Of a DNA stretch of 64,000 nt, positions 9,704-19,881 are shown piece after piece (within the stretch, counting starts at the first letter, position 1; each line of letters starts with the position of its first letter). The stretch is from Fimbriimonadia bacterium. GTDB lineage: Bacteria > Armatimonadota > Fimbriimonadia > Fimbriimonadales > JABRVX01. The DNA lies in contig JBGPGO010000001.1 in NCBI GenBank assembly GCA_041483895.1, positions 224,001 to 288,000 of the forward strand, read 5' to 3'. The translations under genes and the position numbers were made by a program. A model generated the notes under the pieces. It was not told the origin of the DNA, searched no databases, and saw only the letters and a list, made by a program, of their open reading frames with translations.

Positions 9704-11527
9704 ATGCGCCTTTCCGCTACGATTTTGCTTACGCTTTTCGCTGGACTGCTGTTCGGCCAACAGCCGACGGTGACCGTAAAGCTGCCCAAGAACGCAAAGG
9801 CCGGGGATACCGTGAAGGCCACGGTTGAGGTTCAAGTACCGGCCGGTTGGCACGCATACTCCAATCCGCCAACGTCGCCGGAGCTGATCCCGCTTGCGGT
9901 GACGAAATTGGAGGGCGCTAAGCTAAAAAGCGTCAAGTATCCCAAAGCTAAGACCATCGATTTTGCCGGAAAGATGGTCGGCGGGTACGAGGGCAAGGTT
10001 TCTATTCCGATCCAGTTTGCGGTGGCGAAGGATGCCAAGGCCCCTTTGAATTTGAAGGTCACCGTGCACTACCAGATGTGCAACGACCAGACCTGTGGCA
10101 TGCCGGGGGATGTTTTTGCGAACGCGAAGCTGGCGGTCGTAAAAAAAAACGATGAAGCCCTAGCGGCTCCCGCCAAGCCGACTGATACAATTCCGCCGGT
10201 CGTGACCGCGCAAGTTCCTTCGAAGCAAGATGTTGCGCCGGAGCCGGCAAAGACCGCTCCCGCCATCGCGACCGCCCCGAAGAATCAGGGTTACGAAGAA
10301 GGGCTCGCGGGGCGGCTGGTGGATTGGTATAAGAGTGGCAAGTGGTACCTCCTGTTCCCTTCCCTGCTCCTTGTGGGACTGCTCATCAATTTGACGCCAT
10401 GCGTATATCCGGTCATCGCGCCGACAGCCGGCTTCATCGCCAAGCAGAGCGAGGGCGCGGTGGGAGGGCGATTTGCGTTTGGACTTGTGTTCCTCTTCGG
10501 CGCGGCGGCCATGTTCACTGTGATAGGAACCATCTTTGGGCTCTCGGGAACCGTCTTCGGATCGTTGTATCAACAGCCTTGGTTTACGATTGGGCTGGGC
10601 ATTTTGATGATGGCGCTCGCTCTCGCCATGTTCGATGTGTATCAAATTCGCCTTCCGAACGCCTTGGCTTCGGGGATGCGAGGCAGGGCGGGGCTGATCG
10701 GCGCGCTGATGATGGGAATGTTTATCGGGGTGGCGGCGGTACCGTGCGGCGGGCCTGTGATTGCGGCGGCGGCGGCAACGGCGTTCCAAACCCGCGATAC
10801 CGTTTTTGCCTCTCTGGTCTTCGCCGGAATTGGGCTGGGCATCGGTTTGCCGGTGGCGGTTTTGATCATGACAGGCGCGCTTGGCGTGTTGGCAAAGCCG
10901 GGCGAATGGATGGTGACGGTCAAGCATGTGTTGGGCCTCGCCGTCATCGCTTCGGGAATCTACTTCTTGTCGTTCACGCTGCGTCCGGCGATCGGCAGTC
11001 TTGGCATGGCGTGGGTGTGGACGGCTTATTTTGTCGCGGCCGCGTTCTACCTCATCGCGCTCGATCACACGGGCCGAACGCGCACGGGTCTGCTGGCATT
11101 CAAGGGCATCGTCGCTATCGGTGCGGTGCTGTATGGCGGCCTGATGTTGGCGAACATTGCCAACGAAGCGAAAACGCCGCAGATAGTGTCTTGGCAGGCC
11201 TTTGATCTGTCGAATTTCGATGCGGCGTTGGGTAAGGGCAGGCCGATAGTGATCGATTTTCGCTCTGACTGGTGCGCGATGTGCCGGGAGATTGAAGACA
11301 AGACGTTCTCGGATCCAAAGGTGCAGGCCGTGCTGGCGAAGATGGTCGCTTTCCGCGCGGACGAGACGACTGCGAATCCCACGATTGAATCCTGGAATCG
11401 CCGCTTCGGCATCGCTACATTGCCGGATGTGATCTTCTTCGACGGCCAGGGCAACCAGGTCCGGCGGTTCAAGACCTTTTTTGACACAGATGAGTTTGCC
11501 GACGCGAGCAAGTCGGCTGGTCTGTGA
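9704..11527 (+). CDS. dsbD: Thiol:disulfide interchange protein DsbD-like
   Basis: N-domain YQMCNDQTC; TM domain LTPCVYP and PCGGP; C-terminal thioredoxin WCAMC. Confidence 0.9.
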   Translation: MRLSATILLTLFAGLLFGQQPTVTVKLPKNAKAGDTVKATVEVQVPAGWHAYSNPPTSPELIPLAVTKLEGAKLKSVKYPKAKTIDFAGKMVGGYEGKVSIPIQFAVAKDAKAPLNLKVTVHYQMCNDQTCGMPGDVFANAKLAVVKKNDEALAAPAKPTDTIPPVVTAQVPSKQDVAPEPAKTAPAIATAPKNQGYEEGLAGRLVDWYKSGKWYLLFPSLLLVGLLINLTPCVYPVIAPTAGFIAKQSEGAVGGRFAFGLVFLFGAAAMFTVIGTIFGLSGTVFGSLYQQPWFTIGLGILMMALALAMFDVYQIRLPNALASGMRGRAGLIGALMMGMFIGVAAVPCGGPVIAAAAATAFQTRDTVFASLVFAGIGLGIGLPVAVLIMTGALGVLAKPGEWMVTVKHVLGLAVIASGIYFLSFTLRPAIGSLGMAWVWTAYFVAAAFYLIALDHTGRTRTGLLAFKGIVAIGAVLYGGLMLANIANEAKTPQIVSWQAFDLSNFDAALGKGRPIVIDFRSDWCAMCREIEDKTFSDPKVQAVLAKMVAFRADETTANPTIESWNRRFGIATLPDVIFFDGQGNQVRRFKTFFDTDEFADASKSAGL

Positions 11528-11532
11528 GGAAG

Positions 11533-11631
11533 GGCTGTCATTCCGAAGCGAAGCGAGGAATCCCTTTCCAGAGGTCCAACTGCGAGCAGCGTTCTGAAAG
11601 GGATTCCTCGCTTCGCTTCGGAATGACAGCC
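11533..11631. repeat. REP-like element family A (perfect 36-bp inverted repeat)
   Basis: ggctgtcattccgaagcgaagcgaggaatccctttc...gaaagggattcctcgcttcgcttcggaatgacagcc between convergent genes; related copies at 51451-51611. Confidence 0.85.
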
Positions 11632-11676
11632 ATGTTGGCCGAGAAAGGGATTCGTCGGTTCGCTTCGGTATGCGGC

Positions 11677-14600
11677 TTAACGAATATTGAAGTAACGTGC
11701 TTCCGGGTGGTGGCAGATGATGGCGGAGGTGGATTGCTCCGGAACCATGTGAAATTGGTCGGTAAGCTCGATGCCGATGCGCTCCGGTTGAAGCAGCGAG
11801 AACAGCTTGGCCTGATCATCCAAATTCGGGCATGCCGGGTAACCGAACGAATACCGCGCGCCCTGATAGCTCATGCTGAACAGCAGCCGAATCTCTTTGG
11901 CATCCTTTTCGGCTATTCCCATCTCTTGGCGGACCTGCCCGTGCCAATACTCGGCCAAGCCTTCCGCCGTTTCGACCCCCATGCCGTGCAGATACAGATA
12001 CTCCTTGTAGTCGCCCGCGGCAAATCGTTCGCGCTCATAGTCAGAGATCTTCTGGCCCACTGTCACCGCATGGAAGGCCGCGACATCCATGCGCCCGGAC
12101 GACTTCGGCGCGAAGAAATCGGCAAGACATAAACGCCGATCGACGGATTGGCGAGGGAACGTGAATCGCATTCGCTCGGTCTTCTGATTGTCTTCAAAAA
12201 TGATCAGATCGTTGCCCTCCGATTGCGTTGGGAAGTACCCGTACACGACTTTTGGGATCATCAGTTTCTCGCGCGCGCAAAATCCTTTGAGTCGCTCGTA
12301 CGTCGGCCGCGCTTCGGATTCGAGCACCTGATCGAACTGTTCTTTCGACAGCTTGCCGCGCCGGAACTGCCACTGCCCACGGAATAGGGCAACCTCCGCA
12401 TTCACATACGGATACACGTCCCACAGATCGATATCCTCGACAATCCGCGTGCCCCAAAACGGCGGTTCTGGAATCGGCGCATGGGGCGAAACATCGCTGC
12501 GGCGGGTATCGATTTCTTTCGCCTTTTCTTCCGTTCGCGATTGGCCCACTCGCGGAACGTGATCATGATACAGTTGCTCCAACGCCGCCTGCCCTTTCGC
12601 CACCTCGCCCATCAGGTGCAGACCTTCAAACGCATCCTGTGCATAAAATACTTTGCCGTGATAGAGCGAGCGCAGGTCCTGTTCCACATAGGAGCGCGTG
12701 AGCGCCGCGCCGCCGAGCAGAACCGGATAGCTGAACAACCCCTGCCGATTCATCTCCTCCAAATTCTCCCGCATCACGACGGTGCTCTTGACCAAAAGCC
12801 CGCTCATGCCGACCGCGTCCACGGCATTCTCTTCCGCCGCGCGCAGGATATTCGCCAGCGACTGCTTGATGCCGATGTTGAAGACCAAATATCCGTTGTT
12901 TGTCAAAATAATATCAACAAGGTTCTTGCCGATATCGTGCACATCGCCCTCGACGGTCGCCAGCACAATCTTCCCTTTCGACCGGCCATCGACTCGATCC
13001 ATGTGCGGTTCCAGAAAGGCCACCGCGCGCTTCATCACTTCCGCGCTTTGCAAAACGAATGGAAGCTGCATCTCGCCGGAACCAAACAGCTCACCCACGG
13101 TTTTCATGCCCGCAAGCAGAATGTCGTTGATGATTTCCAATGGCTTGTAGGACTGCATCGCCAACTCCAATGCCGGTTCCAATCCGCCCTTTATGCCGTC
13201 CACGATATGCCGCTGCAAGCGCGTCTCGACCGGCAATTTCGAAAGGTCTTCCTTCTCGACAGCAACAGTCGTTTTTCCCTCGAACAGAGCCATAAATTTG
13301 TGCAGCGGATCGTCGCCCTCCGATCGCTCGTCATGGATCATCCGGCGCGCCATCGCCAACGCCTCGGGCTCGATTTTGTTGAGCGGAAGGATTTTCGCCG
13401 CGTGCACGATTGCTGCATCCAGCCCGGCCTCCACGCATTCATGAAGGAATACGGAGTTCAGCACAACGCGCGAAGCGGGTCTTAGGCCGAACGAGATATT
13501 GCTGACGCCCAAGATGGTATGGACTTCCGGCCATCGCTGCTTTATGAGTCGGATCGCTTCCATCGTCTCCATTCCCGCCTTGCGAAACTCTTCATCCCCA
13601 CTTCCCAAGGTAAACGTCAGTGCATCGAAAAATATATCCTCGGGTTGAATTCCGTGCTCGTCCACCAACAGATTGTAAATCTTTTCGGCGACCTCAATTT
13701 TTTTGTCAGCCGTCTTCGCCATGCCGTCCGCGTCGATCGTGAGAGCCACCAAAGCCGCGCCATACTTCTTCGCCATCGCGGTCACTTGGTGCAGACGCGG
13801 ACCGCCATCTTCTAAATTGACGGAGTTGATAATCGGCTTCCCTGCCAGGCGTTGCAGTGAGGACTCGATCACATCGGCCTGCGTGGAATCAATCATGATG
13901 GGAACCGTGACCTGCTTGTTCAGCATCGGCAGCAGTGTGTCCATGTCGCGGACCTCGTCGCGTCCGACATAGGCGGTGCAGACATCGAGGGCGTGGCTGC
14001 TTTCTTTTTCCTGTTCGCGAGCCATCTCCGATAGGCCGTCCCAATCCTCCGCGGCCAGCAGATCGCGAAACTTTCGGCTCCCGTTGGCATTCGTCCGCTC
14101 ACCGACGATGAAGAAGCTGGCGTCCTGTTTGTATGGCATCATCTGATACAGGCTCGAACATCCGGGAATGTGGTGCGGGTTTCTCGGCGCGGGCGTCGCG
14201 CCCCAAAGAGCTTCGGTCAGCGCGCTAATGTGATCAGAACTCGTCCCACAGCAGCCGCCGACGATACGTACTCCCATCTCGTTGACGAACAGAGCATGGT
14301 ATTCGACGAACTCCTCCGGTGTCAGCGGATAGCTGGCTTTGCCATCGACGACAGACGGCAGGCCGGCGTTGGGAAGGACGGAGATCGGCAAGCGGCTGTG
14401 GGTGGATAGGTATCGCACGTGTGGCACCATCTCTATCGGGCCGGTCGCGCAATTGACTCCGATGACATCCACGGCATCGAACGCTTCAATGCAGTTCAGT
14501 GCGGCGCCTATCTCGGAGCCCAGCAACATTGTTCCCGTTGTTTCCATTGTCGCGGAGACTATGAGCGGCAGCTTCTTTCCCGAATGCGAAAACGCCTCGC

Positions 14601-15114
14601 ATGTCCCAACAATGGCGGCCTTGCATTGAAGAAGGTCCTGGCAGGTCTCGATCATCAACGCATCGGCGCCGCCTTCGATACAGCCGAGCGCGTTTTGATA
14701 ATATGTGTCCGCTAGTTCCCGAAAGCTGATCTGCCCCAGCGTAACCAATTTCGTGCCGGGCCCCATCGATCCGATAACGAATCGGGGCCGGTCCGGCGTG
14801 GAAAAGTCAGCGCACACACCGCGGGCGATTTCGGCGGCCTTCTTGCTCAGCTCATGGACGCGATCGGCAATGCCGTACTCGCCCAAATTCATGGAGTTAG
14901 CGCCGAACGTGTTGGTCTCCACCGCGTCCGCACCCACAGCCAGATAGCTCTCGTGAAGCTTGGCAACCACGTCGGGTCGGCTGACGTTCAGGATCTCGTT
15001 GCACCCGTCGAGGCCTTGGAAGTCGTCAAGGGTCAGCGAGGCGGCCTGCAGCCCGGTGCCGGTCGCCCCGTCGAAAATGAGCAATCGCTCGCGCAAAGCT
15101 TCCAAGAAGGTCAT
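11677..15114 (-). CDS. metH: Cobalamin-dependent methionine synthase
   Basis: FDGATGT, GGCCGT, GERTNANGS, DVHDIGKN B12 motif, RYSFGYPACP activation domain. Confidence 0.98.
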   Translation of the reverse strand: MTFLEALRERLLIFDGATGTGLQAASLTLDDFQGLDGCNEILNVSRPDVVAKLHESYLAVGADAVETNTFGANSMNLGEYGIADRVHELSKKAAEIARGVCADFSTPDRPRFVIGSMGPGTKLVTLGQISFRELADTYYQNALGCIEGGADALMIETCQDLLQCKAAIVGTCEAFSHSGKKLPLIVSATMETTGTMLLGSEIGAALNCIEAFDAVDVIGVNCATGPIEMVPHVRYLSTHSRLPISVLPNAGLPSVVDGKASYPLTPEEFVEYHALFVNEMGVRIVGGCCGTSSDHISALTEALWGATPAPRNPHHIPGCSSLYQMMPYKQDASFFIVGERTNANGSRKFRDLLAAEDWDGLSEMAREQEKESSHALDVCTAYVGRDEVRDMDTLLPMLNKQVTVPIMIDSTQADVIESSLQRLAGKPIINSVNLEDGGPRLHQVTAMAKKYGAALVALTIDADGMAKTADKKIEVAEKIYNLLVDEHGIQPEDIFFDALTFTLGSGDEEFRKAGMETMEAIRLIKQRWPEVHTILGVSNISFGLRPASRVVLNSVFLHECVEAGLDAAIVHAAKILPLNKIEPEALAMARRMIHDERSEGDDPLHKFMALFEGKTTVAVEKEDLSKLPVETRLQRHIVDGIKGGLEPALELAMQSYKPLEIINDILLAGMKTVGELFGSGEMQLPFVLQSAEVMKRAVAFLEPHMDRVDGRSKGKIVLATVEGDVHDIGKNLVDIILTNNGYLVFNIGIKQSLANILRAAEENAVDAVGMSGLLVKSTVVMRENLEEMNRQGLFSYPVLLGGAALTRSYVEQDLRSLYHGKVFYAQDAFEGLHLMGEVAKGQAALEQLYHDHVPRVGQSRTEEKAKEIDTRRSDVSPHAPIPEPPFWGTRIVEDIDLWDVYPYVNAEVALFRGQWQFRRGKLSKEQFDQVLESEARPTYERLKGFCAREKLMIPKVVYGYFPTQSEGNDLIIFEDNQKTERMRFTFPRQSVDRRLCLADFFAPKSSGRMDVAAFHAVTVGQKISDYERERFAAGDYKEYLYLHGMGVETAEGLAEYWHGQVRQEMGIAEKDAKEIRLLFSMSYQGARYSFGYPACPNLDDQAKLFSLLQPERIGIELTDQFHMVPEQSTSAIICHHPEARYFNIR

Positions 15115-15186
15115 TGCCCCAGATTATGCACCCTCCCCGTTGACCGGAGACGGTTCCCCAACGAATCCTGTTAGAAGGACACGGGT

Positions 15187-15260
15187 AAAAAAACATCGAG
15201 ACGCTCCCAACGGAGCGTCTCGATTTCTCTTAGCGTCCTCAGTTCTTGTGAAGACGTCTA
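15187..15260 (-). terminator. Double-hairpin 3'UTR/terminator of PEP-CTERM gene (repeated at 16321-16391)
   Basis: On - strand: CGTCTTCA/TGAGGACG stem, then ATCGAGACGCTCC/GGAGCGTCTCGAT stem and a T7 run. Confidence 0.7.
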
Positions 15261-15270
15261 CTCACTGAGG

Positions 15271-16107
15271 TTACTTGCGTCGCCGGCGAAGGCCAACGAT
15301 GCCAAGCAGACCTGTCGCAACCGCAGCATAGGTGCTCGGCTCTGGAACGACCTCAATGCGCCAACCGTAATTGGCGATCGGCGCTCCGCCGAATGGAGAG
15401 TTCCGAAGCGCGCCGGCAGGATTCGCGGTTGTGAAGAATGAACCGGCCGCCGTGGTCAAGAAGTCGGTATCGGCGCTCGAGCCGACAGCCGGCGGACCGT
15501 ACATACCCTGTCCAAGCAGGTTCAACTGAGCCAGGGTCGCCATACCCGGGCCACTATTGTTGTTGTCGAATGTGATGCCGGCCCAGAATGAGCCCGACAC
15601 CAAGTTCATGTTAAAGGTCGGGAAAAGGTCAAAGAAAAACCCTGCAACAGTATTTGCAGCGACGGTTATCGGGTTGAAGGTGAATCCGACCGCCGCCGGA
15701 TCGTTATAGTACGTTCCGGGGGCACCGCCGGCTCCGTCGGAGAACCAGTAGCGGAGGCGCGGCCGAGCGGTTACAGCATCCGCATTGAGGTTGGCGAAGG
15801 TGAAGTACTGACGGGCGATTTTTTGTCCCGCATAACTGCTATGACCAAGGTTATCCGCCAAGAGTCTCGTGATTCCGTTGGTACCTTGGAGTACCGCACC
15901 GCCTTGTGTTGTCGCGAAGCCGCTGAAGGTGGCGAAGTTGTCATAGACGACAACGCCTGCAGCTTCCGGCGAGGGTACATTGACGGCAATGCCGATTTCA
16001 CCGCTCCAGAACTCATGAGCCACAACGCCTGTGTACTCGGTCTGGCTAAATGAAGGTAACGCAGCCGCAATGACCCCTACTGTGAATAGTGTTAGTCGAA
16101 TGCGCAT
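15271..16107 (-). CDS. PEP-CTERM protein
   Basis: Signal peptide; VVPEPSTYAAVATGLLGIVGLRRRRK tail; AAGGAG SD. Confidence 0.9.
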   Translation of the reverse strand: MRIRLTLFTVGVIAAALPSFSQTEYTGVVAHEFWSGEIGIAVNVPSPEAAGVVVYDNFATFSGFATTQGGAVLQGTNGITRLLADNLGHSSYAGQKIARQYFTFANLNADAVTARPRLRYWFSDGAGGAPGTYYNDPAAVGFTFNPITVAANTVAGFFFDLFPTFNMNLVSGSFWAGITFDNNNSGPGMATLAQLNLLGQGMYGPPAVGSSADTDFLTTAAGSFFTTANPAGALRNSPFGGAPIANYGWRIEVVPEPSTYAAVATGLLGIVGLRRRRK

Positions 16108-16213
16108 TCTTAGCTAACTCCTTTACATTTCGCTAAGGATTAGCCATCCAAATGCAACAGAAACTACAACGCATCCAACCAGGAAGGAAAACGCAGCTTC
16201 TGTATCCAACCGA

Positions 16214-16242
16214 ATTATAACGCGAAATACAAATTTCGGCAA
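16214..16242 (-). promoter_or_regulatory. Sigma70 promoter for 16107 gene
   Basis: TTGCCG-17 nt-TATAAT on - strand. Confidence 0.6.
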
Positions 16243-16288
16243 GGTTATTAGAGAATTCTAATATATGGTTTCGTGGATTCCCAACGAT

Positions 16289-16319
16289 CCCGTGCCCGTG
16301 TGGGGACTGCGGGCACGGG
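16289..16319. repeat. GC-rich inverted repeat
   Basis: cccgtgcccg-tgtggggactg-cgggcacggg. Confidence 0.5.
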
Positions 16320-16401
16320 GAAAGACATCGGGACGCTCCCCATGGAGCGTCCCGACTCTCGCAGCGTCCTCAGTTTTTGTGAAGACGTCTACTCAATGAC
16401 C

Positions 16402-17199
16402 TTACTTGCGTCGTCGGCGAAGGCCAACGATACCAAGCAGACCCGTGACAATCGCCGCATAGGTGCTCGGTTCTGGAGCTACCTCCAAAACGAGGTTGGA
16501 CTTGTCGTTCGGCGGCCCGAAAGCGAAGGCTTCGTTGTTTTCCAGGAAGGTGTTGCTGTTGGCATCGCGCCAATAGTAATTGGATCCCGTTCCTTTCTCT
16601 ACCCCGCCGACCGAATATCCCGGTCGACCGTCTACGTCCGTCGCCGTGTTCGTGGCATTCCAGATCTGCTCCTCATACGCAAAGAACGTATTGACGAAGT
16701 TGATCTTCGAGCTGGTAGTCACGGTGAAGATGTAGATAAAGCCCTGCGGAAGGTTACCGGTACCGAAGGCAAATCCGCCAATGAAGCCGCTCATGACGTT
16801 GGACAATAGCGGGGCCGAATAGTTCATCGTTCCCCAGAACAGGCAGTTCGGTACATACGCTCTGCCAACAGAGCCACCGGTAACGGCGACGATGCCGACC
16901 TTGAACCTATCCGCACCCACGGGAGCCGTGAGAAAAGCTTCGTTCAATCGGCGATAGGTCGTCGCAGCCGTGGAACTTACGTAAGGACCTTGCGTGTTGG
17001 AATAGTAAGCGCCCGGACCGACTGCTTGGGAGGAAACATCTCCAATCCAGCTCTCTTCCGGACCACCATAGGTCATCATATCGCCATTCACCGAGGTTAT
17101 CTGTCGGCGCGTAGCTGAGATGACCGTGGCATTAAGCAGGCTCTGACCAAAGCTTGCCGTTACGGCAGCAATCGCCAGAAAGGAATATAGAATGCGCAT
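16402..17199 (-). CDS. PEP-CTERM protein (APEP variant)
   Basis: Signal peptide; EVAPEPSTYAAIVTGLLGIVGLRRRRK tail. Confidence 0.9.
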   Translation of the reverse strand: MRILYSFLAIAAVTASFGQSLLNATVISATRRQITSVNGDMMTYGGPEESWIGDVSSQAVGPGAYYSNTQGPYVSSTAATTYRRLNEAFLTAPVGADRFKVGIVAVTGGSVGRAYVPNCLFWGTMNYSAPLLSNVMSGFIGGFAFGTGNLPQGFIYIFTVTTSSKINFVNTFFAYEEQIWNATNTATDVDGRPGYSVGGVEKGTGSNYYWRDANSNTFLENNEAFAFGPPNDKSNLVLEVAPEPSTYAAIVTGLLGIVGLRRRRK

Positions 17200-17469
17200 T
17201 CCTAGCTAACTCCTTTTCGTATTGCTAAGGATTAGCCATCCAAATGGTACTTTGTATTACAATAAGAATACCCAGGAAGACAGAATGAAGCTAAAGCAGT
17301 GCCAGGAAGTTTAACACGGAACCGAGTTCGCGTCAAGGTCATTAAAGCTATTTAATGAATGACGCCCAGCAGTGCGGCACCCCTTACGTTTGTATAGGTC
17401 CAGGTTCGAATCGTCGCGGGGTGAGGGTATAATCCGGGCATCCATTGGAGGAGATGGTCCGTCCGAGCC

Positions 17470-17766
17470 TTGAGAAACATTCACATCCCGGAACGGACCT
17501 GCGCTGGATGTGGGCGAAAACATCCAAAGGCCTCGCTTTTTCGAGTGGCAAAACCGGCTGACGGAGTTGCCACAATCGACAGCCTGGGTAGGCTGTTCGG
17601 TCGCAGCGCCTACCTGTGCAGTTCGGATTGCCTGGCAGCCGCACTGAAATCCGGCAGGCTGCAAAGAGCGCTGAGAACCGTGCTGGACGAGGCCGACAAA
17701 GATTCGCTCCGACAATGGGCACTACATGAGGTGACGTTTGGAGGCAACAAAACTGAAGCTGAGTGA
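17470..17766 (+). CDS. ylxR: YlxR/DUF448 family RNA-binding protein
   Basis: PERTCAGCG..LFRV..GRSAYLC..CL motif; directly upstream of infB. Confidence 0.88.
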   Translation: MRNIHIPERTCAGCGRKHPKASLFRVAKPADGVATIDSLGRLFGRSAYLCSSDCLAAALKSGRLQRALRTVLDEADKDSLRQWALHEVTFGGNKTEAE

Positions 17767-19678
17767 CCTGGCGAAAGAGATGGGTATCTTGCCGTCTCAG
17801 CTCGTGCACGTGCTGGCTCAGCTGGGATTCTCATCGGCAGATGCCGACCCGGAACTTGGGCCGGATGAGGTCGAAGCTGCCAAGGAGCTCGCTCAGGAAG
17901 CCGATTTCGACAACGACAGAGTCTTTGCCCCGCCAAACCAGACCCTCCGATCCCTCGCAAAAATTCTCAACGTCCAACCTGCGGACATCCAAAAGAAGAT
18001 GATGGCCCACGGGACCCTCATCGCCGTGACGCAGAAACTTAAGCCGGAATTGGCCGAGCAGATCGCTGACGAAATGGGCTATGCGCTGGCCTGGGAGGAT
18101 GAAGCACCGAGCAAGGCGCTCGTGGCGCCGAAGAAGGCCAAACCTGCGGCAAAGGCCGGTGCGCAGCCTCGTCCGCCCATCGTAACAATCCTTGGCCACG
18201 TCGATCACGGCAAGACATCGCTGCTGGACTACATACGGAAAGCGAACGTGGCAAGCGGCGAGCATGGCGGCATCACCCAGCATATCGGCGCCTACCAGGT
18301 CGAGGTCGAGGGAAAAAAGATAACGTTTTTGGACACGCCGGGCCACGAGGCGTTCACAGCGATGCGGGCGCGAGGAGCCCAGGTCACGGATATCGCCGTA
18401 TTGGTCGTCGCGGCGGACGACGGGGTCATGCCGCAGACCAAAGAGGCGATCGACCATGCCAAGAATGCCGGGGTTCCCATCATTGTCGCCATCAATAAAA
18501 TCGACAAGCCGGATTCCCAGCCGGAGCGGGTAAAGCAGCAATTGACAGAATTTGGCCTCGTTGCCGAAGAATGGGGCGGCGATGTCATCGTTTGCAACGT
18601 ATCTGCCCTCACCGGTGAAGGCGTGCCGCATCTTCTGGAAATGATCTTGCTGGTCGCGGAAGTCAACGCCATCTCCGGCAACCCCAAAGCGCCCGTGGAA
18701 GCCGTTGTCGTCGAAGCCCGCCTGGACAAGGGCCGCGGACCGTTGGCGACTGTACTGGTGCATGATGGCACGCTCCATCGGGGCGATGCCATCCAAGTGA
18801 ATCAGGCGTACGGCACCGTGCGAGCGATGAACGATTATTTGGGCCAACCTCTGACAGAAGTGGGACCCGGGACCCCGGCGGAGATTGTTGGCCTGTCCCA
18901 ACCGCCCGAGGCCGGCGACCGGTTGAAAGTGTTCACCACCGATCGGGAAGCAAGGAATGCCGCACAGGGAGCGCAAGAGGAAATCAGAGAAGCTTCCCTC
19001 GCGCCGACTCACCATCACAAGGCCTCGCTGCAAGATCTGATCAAGGCGATGGAAGCGCAGGAAGTTAAAGTCCTCAATATCGTTGTTCGGGCGGACGTGC
19101 GGGGATCGGCTGAGGCCATCACAGAACAGCTCAACAAGGTGCGTGTGGAAGATGTTGAGGTGAGGGTGGTTTCGACCGGCGTCGGCTCGATCACGGAAAA
19201 CGACGTGCTGCTGGCCCGCGCCTCCAACGCCATCTGCATCTGCTTCAATACCCATCCGGAGCCCGGCGCGAAGAAGACCGCAAAAGACAACGGCATAGAC
19301 ATCCGCACCTACAACGTTATTTACGAATTGCTGGAAGACATTCGCTTGGCGGCAAAGGGCATGCTGGAGCCCAAGTTCGAAGAGATCAAATTGGGGGTTG
19401 CGGAAATCCGGCGTGTTTACAAGCTATCGCGCGGCTACACGATTGCCGGCTGTTATGTTACCGAGGGCAAGATCGTTCGGAACGCCAAGGTCCGGTTGTG
19501 GCGGTCGGGGCATGAGGAGCCGATTTGGCAGGGCGCCATCGCTTCCCTGAAGCATATCAAAGAGGACATTCGTGAGGCTGCGGCCGGGTTCGAATGCGGC
19601 ATCCAACTCGACAATTTTACTGGGTACGCCGAACACGACACGATCGAGTGCTACCAGCTCGAGCAGATCAACACCTAA
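17738..19678 (+). CDS. infB: Translation initiation factor IF-2
   Basis: [37 protein letters not shown]. Confidence 0.98.
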   Translation: MEATKLKLSDLAKEMGILPSQLVHVLAQLGFSSADADPELGPDEVEAAKELAQEADFDNDRVFAPPNQTLRSLAKILNVQPADIQKKMMAHGTLIAVTQKLKPELAEQIADEMGYALAWEDEAPSKALVAPKKAKPAAKAGAQPRPPIVTILGHVDHGKTSLLDYIRKANVASGEHGGITQHIGAYQVEVEGKKITFLDTPGHEAFTAMRARGAQVTDIAVLVVAADDGVMPQTKEAIDHAKNAGVPIIVAINKIDKPDSQPERVKQQLTEFGLVAEEWGGDVIVCNVSALTGEGVPHLLEMILLVAEVNAISGNPKAPVEAVVVEARLDKGRGPLATVLVHDGTLHRGDAIQVNQAYGTVRAMNDYLGQPLTEVGPGTPAEIVGLSQPPEAGDRLKVFTTDREARNAAQGAQEEIREASLAPTHHHKASLQDLIKAMEAQEVKVLNIVVRADVRGSAEAITEQLNKVRVEDVEVRVVSTGVGSITENDVLLARASNAICICFNTHPEPGAKKTAKDNGIDIRTYNVIYELLEDIRLAAKGMLEPKFEEIKLGVAEIRRVYKLSRGYTIAGCYVTEGKIVRNAKVRLWRSGHEEPIWQGAIASLKHIKEDIREAAAGFECGIQLDNFTGYAEHDTIECYQLEQINT

Positions 19679-19748
19679 ACCGCTAACAGTCTCTGGTCTT
19701 GAACAATGGCACGGCGGTACACTTCTCTAAGAGATATCCGCTAAATTT

Positions 19749-19860
19749 CCCTCGACGATCGCATCGTCGAGGTGGGGTTTAGAGATATCCCTTCACAGTC
19801 GTATTGTGAAGGGTAGGCAGTGAAGTGTAATTCTCCCTTCACAATCCCTATTGTGAAGGG
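19749..19860. repeat. Three tandem ~25-bp palindromes of the CCCT..AGGG family
   Basis: ccctcgacgatcgcatcgtcgagg (19749), cccttcacagtcgtattgtgaaggg (19789), cccttcacaatccctattgtgaaggg (19835). Confidence 0.8.
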
Positions 19861-19881
19861 TCTGGATTGAAGGAGTGGCGT

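Noticed and set aside
10141..10149. A9 run in dsbD (and G8 at 36708-36715) as phase-variation tracts
   Set aside because: Both genes are in frame and housekeeping-like; no evidence of switching.
17395..17420. tRNA-like GGTTCGAATC
   Set aside because: No T-stem complement, acceptor stem or cloverleaf.
19707..19722. Sigma54 promoter TGGCACGGCGGTACA
   Set aside because: Lacks the -12 GC; TACACT is more likely a sigma70 -10.
19749..19860. CRISPR array interpretation of the three tandem palindromes
   Set aside because: Only three units, repeats differ by compensatory changes, spacers are 16-21 nt and no cas genes are present.
19789..19860. Rex operator (TTGTGAA/TTCACAA half-sites)
   Set aside because: Half-site order and spacing differ from TTGTGAA-N4-TTCACAA, and other family members do not keep these bases.
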